Part shown: one piece after another, positions 16,007 through 20,000 of the stretch
Position numbering within the stretch: position 1 is the first letter of the stretch
Layout: the number at the start of each line of letters is the position of its first letter
From: an uncultured virus (IMG/VR IMGVR_UViG_3300024308_000303)
Taxonomy: Duplodnaviria; Heunggongvirae; Uroviricota; Caudoviricetes
Strand: one strand, 5' to 3'
Virus record (IMG/VR): IMGVR_UViG_3300024308_000303
Length of the DNA: 20,000 nucleotides
Program-made: the position numbers and the translations under genes
Notes under the pieces: model-generated
Told to the model about the DNA's origin: nothing
Database searches by the model: none
What the model saw: the letters and a program-made list of their open reading frames with translations, nothing else

Positions 16007-16615
16007 ATGATTAAAACTCGTCAAAAAGGTGAAATTTCCACTGGTTTAATGGTCGGTATTGCCTTTCTTTTGTTCATTCTGTTTGGACTTGGTGGCTTCA
16101 TGTTGTCTGTTGTTGGAGTAAAAGACACATTCTCAAGGGTTCAAAACGGTATTAGTACAAGTTATGAAGACTACAAAACTGTACATACTGCTCATGTCCT
16201 GAAAATTCAAGGTATGGCTCAAGTTCCAAAAATGGCTGCTGGGCATATTAAAGAAATCATTACGGCTGCTCTTGAAGGTCGATATGGTGATAAAGGCTCT
16301 CAAGCTGTGTTCCAAGCTATTCAGGAACAAAATCCAAATGTACCACCAGATCTGTATCAGAATCTGAGTAAGGAAATGAGTGGTGGTCAAGAAGACATTA
16401 AAGCCGCTGCTCGTAAAGTAAATGACCAAAAGAACATTGCCTATAACCAACTTGATGCAACATACAGTGGTTTTGTTCTAAAAAGTCTTTATGATTATCC
16501 AACCAAGAACATTGGTTATGAAGGTGGTAAAGATGACTACAAGGTTGCTGTATCAGAGTTGACTAATGAAGCTGTGAAAACAGGTATTGATAAAGGTGTT
16601 AATATCCTAAATTAA
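16007..16615 (+). CDS. LemA-like membrane-anchored helical protein (202 aa)
   Basis: Single N-terminal TM then a helical domain with IQEQNPNV..DLYQNL..E...Y, resembling LemA (ExYPxL...fxxLqxel). TAAGGAG SD. Confidence 0.65.
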   Translation: MIKTRQKGEISTGLMVGIAFLLFILFGLGGFMLSVVGVKDTFSRVQNGISTSYEDYKTVHTAHVLKIQGMAQVPKMAAGHIKEIITAALEGRYGDKGSQAVFQAIQEQNPNVPPDLYQNLSKEMSGGQEDIKAAARKVNDQKNIAYNQLDATYSGFVLKSLYDYPTKNIGYEGGKDDYKVAVSELTNEAVKTGIDKGVNILN

Positions 16616-16633
16616 AACAAAAAACAAAAAAAT

Positions 16634-16659
16634 AAAAAAGGGCTTCGGCCCTTTTTTTT
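16634..16659 (+). terminator. Strong intrinsic terminator
   Basis: AAAAAGGGC-TTCG-GCCCTTTTTTTT (UUCG tetraloop). Confidence 0.92.
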
Positions 16660-16712
16660 CTTGCAAAAAAAAATATATAGGTTAACCTTTGATAATCTTA
16701 AGGAGCTTAACC

Positions 16713-17228
16713 ATGTCGTTTAAAAAAGAAAAACAAAAAAGAATTAATTTTTTTAGTCTGATTATATATGTATTGATTATATTAGGGGTATCTATTGCTG
16801 TAGCAAGCTTAGTTGAGTCAAATGTACAAGGTAAGGTTGATAGATTAGATAACTTTTATGGTGAAAATCAAGATATGAAAGTTAGATTTTTCAAAATAAT
16901 ATATAATGATCACAAAGAGATAAAGAATAAATTGGATGTACAACAACTTAATGATTTGTTCAATGTGAAAATAAATTATGACCAATTTGTTAATTACTTG
17001 AATTCATTAAATGTCTTGATAACTAAAAAAGAATATGAATATTACAAACAGATTTATATAAGAGCATATCATAAAGCTAATAAAGCAAAAATTGAATTAG
17101 AAAACGAAAAGCGAATCTTAATTGAAGAATTAGATTCTTCCTTCTTTTATCAGGTCTTCTTGACAGAAGATTATAAGAAAAGTTTAAAAATTGGATATAA
17201 AGACTCACCAGATGATTATAAATTGTAA
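16713..17228 (+). CDS. Membrane-anchored hypothetical protein (171 aa)
   Basis: TAAGGAG 7 nt before ATG 16713. Basic N-terminus followed by a TM. Confidence 0.85.
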   Translation: MSFKKEKQKRINFFSLIIYVLIILGVSIAVASLVESNVQGKVDRLDNFYGENQDMKVRFFKIIYNDHKEIKNKLDVQQLNDLFNVKINYDQFVNYLNSLNVLITKKEYEYYKQIYIRAYHKANKAKIELENEKRILIEELDSSFFYQVFLTEDYKKSLKIGYKDSPDDYKL

Positions 17229-17236
17229 TAAATAAT

Positions 17237-17263
17237 AAAGAACACGACTGTGTTCTTTTTTTT
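17237..17263 (+). terminator. Intrinsic terminator
   Basis: AAAGAACAC-GACT-GTGTTCTTT followed by a T-run. Confidence 0.8.
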
Positions 17264-17290
17264 GATATTTTTATAGAATTATGATATAAT
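17262..17290 (+). promoter_or_regulatory. sigma70-like promoter
   Basis: TTGATA-N17-TATAAT with TG extension. Confidence 0.8.
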
Positions 17291-17314
17291 AATACTCCAA
17301 AATGGAGATATGGC

Positions 17315-17686
17315 ATGGCATCTGAAAAATTTAGCAAATTAATCCATAAAAAAATGGAACAAATTTACTTCATTGCAGAGGAATGTGGACTTGTTAGATC
17401 AAGCCTAGAATACGAAAAGACAAAAGCAGATAGATACCCCTACTGGAATGATAAAGTATCAAATCGTTCGTATAGATACAATAGTGAAACAAATTTAATT
17501 GAGATTACCAGTATGAACCCTGATAAATGGGGTAATTCAATTGCCTACTCACATATGCTACCAGTAACTACTGGATCATTGAGATCATTGTTTATCAAAT
17601 ATCTCAATTTAAAAGAAGATATTATTAAAATTGATGAAGATGATGCTCCAAAAAAGCATAAAGAAAGGTACTACAGAAGAAAATAA
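17315..17686 (+). CDS. Hypothetical protein (123 aa) with basic C-terminal tail
   Basis: GGAG SD and own promoter. Confidence 0.85.
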   Translation: MASEKFSKLIHKKMEQIYFIAEECGLVRSSLEYEKTKADRYPYWNDKVSNRSYRYNSETNLIEITSMNPDKWGNSIAYSHMLPVTTGSLRSLFIKYLNLKEDIIKIDEDDAPKKHKERYYRRK

Positions 17687-17721
17687 TTTGATTATAAGTA
17701 TTATTAACACGGTGAATAACA

Positions 17722-17946
17722 ATGACAGACTTTGATCATTCAAAATGTAAAAACCCAATTCGCAAATGGATTATTTTCAACAGATATTTTGCTCTACAAA
17801 AAGCAACGACTTGGTGGAACTCCACTGAACGTGATGGAACAGAAAAGATTTCATATTTATCATTCTCTCGAATTAGATTGAATGAGCAGGAAGCATTTCA
17901 AATTATTTTATTTAAATATATGCTTAATTTTAGCAAAATTCGATAG
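17722..17946 (+). CDS. Hypothetical protein (74 aa)
   Basis: GGTGA SD, fills the intergenic space. Confidence 0.7.
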   Translation: MTDFDHSKCKNPIRKWIIFNRYFALQKATTWWNSTERDGTEKISYLSFSRIRLNEQEAFQIILFKYMLNFSKIR

Positions 17947-17964
17947 ACTGAAGGTCTTATTTTC

Positions 17965-18065
17965 TTGTTAATTACTTTTGAAAATGTTATAATACAATTC
18001 ATAAATTGAATATAAAATTATTTATATCATCATTTGTAGCATTAAGAACAAAAAAGTGGTATAAT
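17965..18065 (+). promoter_or_regulatory. Tandem sigma70-like promoters upstream of the NAD kinase operon
   Basis: TTGTTA-N17-TATAAT (17965-17993) and TAGCAT-N17-TATAAT (18037-18065), both with TG extension. Confidence 0.65.
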
Positions 18066-18096
18066 AGCATCAATTCAATCATATAGGAAAAAGTAA

Positions 18097-18357
18097 ATGA
18101 TTCGTTTATTTATTACTGGAACGCCTGAAAACTTAATGTTAATTATGACATTAGTTATGGCTACTTTAATGTTTACTATTCTTGGCTTTATAAAACTATT
18201 TGAAAAATTTGAATTGTTTGGTTTCAAGAAAAAGAAAGAAGATTCATTCACTATTTGCTTAAATGGAAAGAATTATACAATTGACCCTGAATCTGATATC
18301 TGGGTTGTTGATCAAATGGCTGCTCAGGATGCAGCAAGAGAAAGGAAAGAGGTGTAA
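18097..18357 (+). CDS. Small single-TM protein (86 aa)
   Basis: AGGA SD, hydrophobic segment followed by KKKK. Confidence 0.8.
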   Translation: MIRLFITGTPENLMLIMTLVMATLMFTILGFIKLFEKFELFGFKKKKEDSFTICLNGKNYTIDPESDIWVVDQMAAQDAARERKEV

Positions 18358-18358
18358 C

Positions 18359-19207
18359 ATGAAAAATACCTATAAAATTTGCATGAAACTGAATTATGCT
18401 CAAGAAAGTGCAGAGAAACAAGAGTCTATTGATAAACTCATCAGTTTTATCAAAAACGTCATGAAAAATCATGGATGGCGTGAAGCTGATGATTATGATT
18501 CTACAATTGATTATGTATTCTCAATTGGTGGTGATGGTACAATGATGCACACTATGCAAACTCATGTCCATACACAATCAGTTGTAATTGGAATTAACGC
18601 TGGAAATGTAGGGTTCTTGACTCCATATAGCATTGAAAACGTATATGACATGTCTGTATTTAAGTTCCTACAGAAAAATCATAAATCACGGATCGAATAC
18701 CGAACTATTCTGAAAAGCAGCTTTAAGAATAATAATGAAAGTTTGATGGCTGTAAACGAATTTTCCATTACATCTAATAAGCTAAACAAGATTTGTGAAT
18801 ACTCAATAGAAATTGAACACAATGGTCAAGTTAGCCCTGCTGGTCGCTACAAAGCGGATACACTGTTGATTTCAGGCCCTTGTGGCTCTACAGCATACAA
18901 CATGAACGCTGGTGGTGCGATTGTAGACCCTACAGTACGTTGTATGCAGATTATGATGATTGCACCTACTATCTTGGGTATTCGTCCTATTATTATTGGC
19001 AGAAACTCAACAATTCGTATTCGTATGATGAGTGATGCAATGATGAGTGCTGATGGCCAAAACATTCGTGAAATCATGGCAAGTGATGATGAAGCAATCA
19101 ATATTACACTGGTTAACGAAGAATGCCGAGTAATGCTGCCAAATGATTGGAACTTCTACAGCATGCTAAGTAATAAACTTCATTGGAATAATGGTAACGC
19201 AGTATAA
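18359..19207 (+). CDS. nadK: NAD(+) kinase (282 aa from ATG 18359)
   Basis: GGDGT, GINAGNVGFL, NE and GSTAYNMNAGG motifs. GAGGT SD before ATG 18359. Confidence 0.93.
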   Translation: MKNTYKICMKLNYAQESAEKQESIDKLISFIKNVMKNHGWREADDYDSTIDYVFSIGGDGTMMHTMQTHVHTQSVVIGINAGNVGFLTPYSIENVYDMSVFKFLQKNHKSRIEYRTILKSSFKNNNESLMAVNEFSITSNKLNKICEYSIEIEHNGQVSPAGRYKADTLLISGPCGSTAYNMNAGGAIVDPTVRCMQIMMIAPTILGIRPIIIGRNSTIRIRMMSDAMMSADGQNIREIMASDDEAINITLVNEECRVMLPNDWNFYSMLSNKLHWNNGNAV

Positions 19208-19208
19208 G

Positions 19209-19234
19209 AAAAGCTGGCTTAGGCCAGCTTTTTT
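19209..19234. terminator. Bidirectional intrinsic terminator
   Basis: AAAAGCTGGC-TTAG-GCCAGCTTTTTT between convergent genes. Confidence 0.88.
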
Positions 19235-20000
19235 ATGAAACCAACTTTTTAAGTTCATCAAATAAATCAGTATTTGATTTCATTTCTTCTGTAAAAGAGT
19301 GAACATATTCAGTAGTAAGCTCAGGATGTATATTATATTTTTGAACTTCTTCTTTAGTTAAATTAAAAGGTAGCAAGAATTGTTGAACAATTTTACGCAT
19401 CTGTGATTCATCTAAAGAAAACTTAAAATTATCTTGCTTAATAATACATTCCTTAGAAAATAATTTCAGATTAAGAATATGTTCATCCTCATTAAAAGTT
19501 TCAGTTACGATAACTTCAATTAAGTCTTTACATAAAATATTGTTTTGATAGTTAGGCTCTACAAGCCCACTGAACACATTATGAAACTTTTCATTAGCGA
19601 TTTGTAATAGATTAATAAATCCATACTCAGGAAGTTCAGCAAAATAACGATGATTCAAGACAAATCCAAGCTCTTGACCAATTGATTTAACATCATCATT
19701 ACCAAGATTGGGTAATGGTATAAAGACTAAACCCGGCTTCTCATAAAAAGCCACAATAATATGTTTAGTTCTACTGTACATCTTCTTGGAAGCAACCATA
19801 ATATTGAAATCTGGATAGATTGGATATATGAATTCTTCAAAATTTGAGACATCAAAACCAGTAGGTAAGTTTAGAAATGACTCTTGTGCTATGTTAGTAT
19901 TATATTTCAAGAAATTATGTTTGAAATCAGACGGATTTAATATTGATATTTCATGATAATTGTAATTATTCTGAAACATAGATCTTAATTCGTTACTCAT
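19233..20000 (-). CDS. Hypothetical protein (at least 255 aa; may extend beyond the window)
   Basis: Long ORF whose ATG is at the window edge. Confidence 0.8.
   Translation of the reverse strand: MSNELRSMFQNNYNYHEISILNPSDFKHNFLKYNTNIAQESFLNLPTGFDVSNFEEFIYPIYPDFNIMVASKKMYSRTKHIIVAFYEKPGLVFIPLPNLGNDDVKSIGQELGFVLNHRYFAELPEYGFINLLQIANEKFHNVFSGLVEPNYQNNILCKDLIEVIVTETFNEDEHILNLKLFSKECIIKQDNFKFSLDESQMRKIVQQFLLPFNLTKEEVQKYNIHPELTTEYVHSFTEEMKSNTDLFDELKKLVS

Noticed and set aside
18263..18358. N-terminal extension of the NAD kinase given by the track
   Set aside because: It overlaps 18097..18357. The ATG at 18359 has an SD and gives a typical NAD kinase length.
2232..19101. Short nested or antisense track ORFs (e.g. 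2232..2429, 4251..4451, 5853..6047, 6895..7110, 6924..7145, 7120..7332, 8394..8585, 11079..11282, 12498..12707, 12841..13032, 13136..13393, 13345..13539, 14422..14646, 14990..15259, 15458..15661, 16133..16450, 17077..17337, 18251..18472, 18847..19101)
   Set aside because: They lie within or across longer supported genes, and their I/L/F-rich composition is typical of shadow frames in AT-rich DNA.
19233..19270. Terminus DLFDELKKLVS as another tail-motif carrier
   Set aside because: Out of register: no M/I at -4 and no terminal hydrophobic residue.
1..20000. Stop-codon reassignment (TAG or TGA), as in some large phages
   Set aside because: Coding density is high in the standard code. TAG- and TGA-ended genes abut the next gene or end exactly at the shared C-terminal motif.
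1..20000. CRISPR array, tRNA/rRNA genes, transposase or integrase
   Set aside because: No regularly spaced repeats, cloverleaf/TpsiC signatures or catalytic motifs were seen by eye.

Overview
AT-rich, densely coding window that looks like an accessory region of a large (jumbo-type) bacteriophage or phage-like element. It is made of short transcription units, many with their own sigma70-like promoter, Shine-Dalgarno site and intrinsic terminator. Recognisable products are an ATP-dependent RNA ligase (11416..12120), an NAD kinase (18359..19207), a probable TPM-like plus LemA-like membrane pair (14834..16615), a protein with a PcfJ-like 'WC' domain (4681..6492) and a Yippee/CULT-like zinc-binding protein (1304..1666). 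Most other ORFs are unknowns. The strongest unexplained signal is that six otherwise dissimilar proteins end in the same register-fixed C-terminal motif, [IV]-[DE]-[LV]-x-x-[MI]-x-x-[YFIL]-COOH. A seventh gene encodes a partial copy in frame just after its stop codon. This suggests a shared C-terminal addressing signal. Other notable items are a tiny 40-aa gene behind tandem promoters with a structured leader carrying mini-ORFs, and acidic proteins, one with an SSB-tail-like end. No tRNA, rRNA, CRISPR array, transposase or virion structural gene was recognised. All family calls come from motif recognition by eye, not from database searches.
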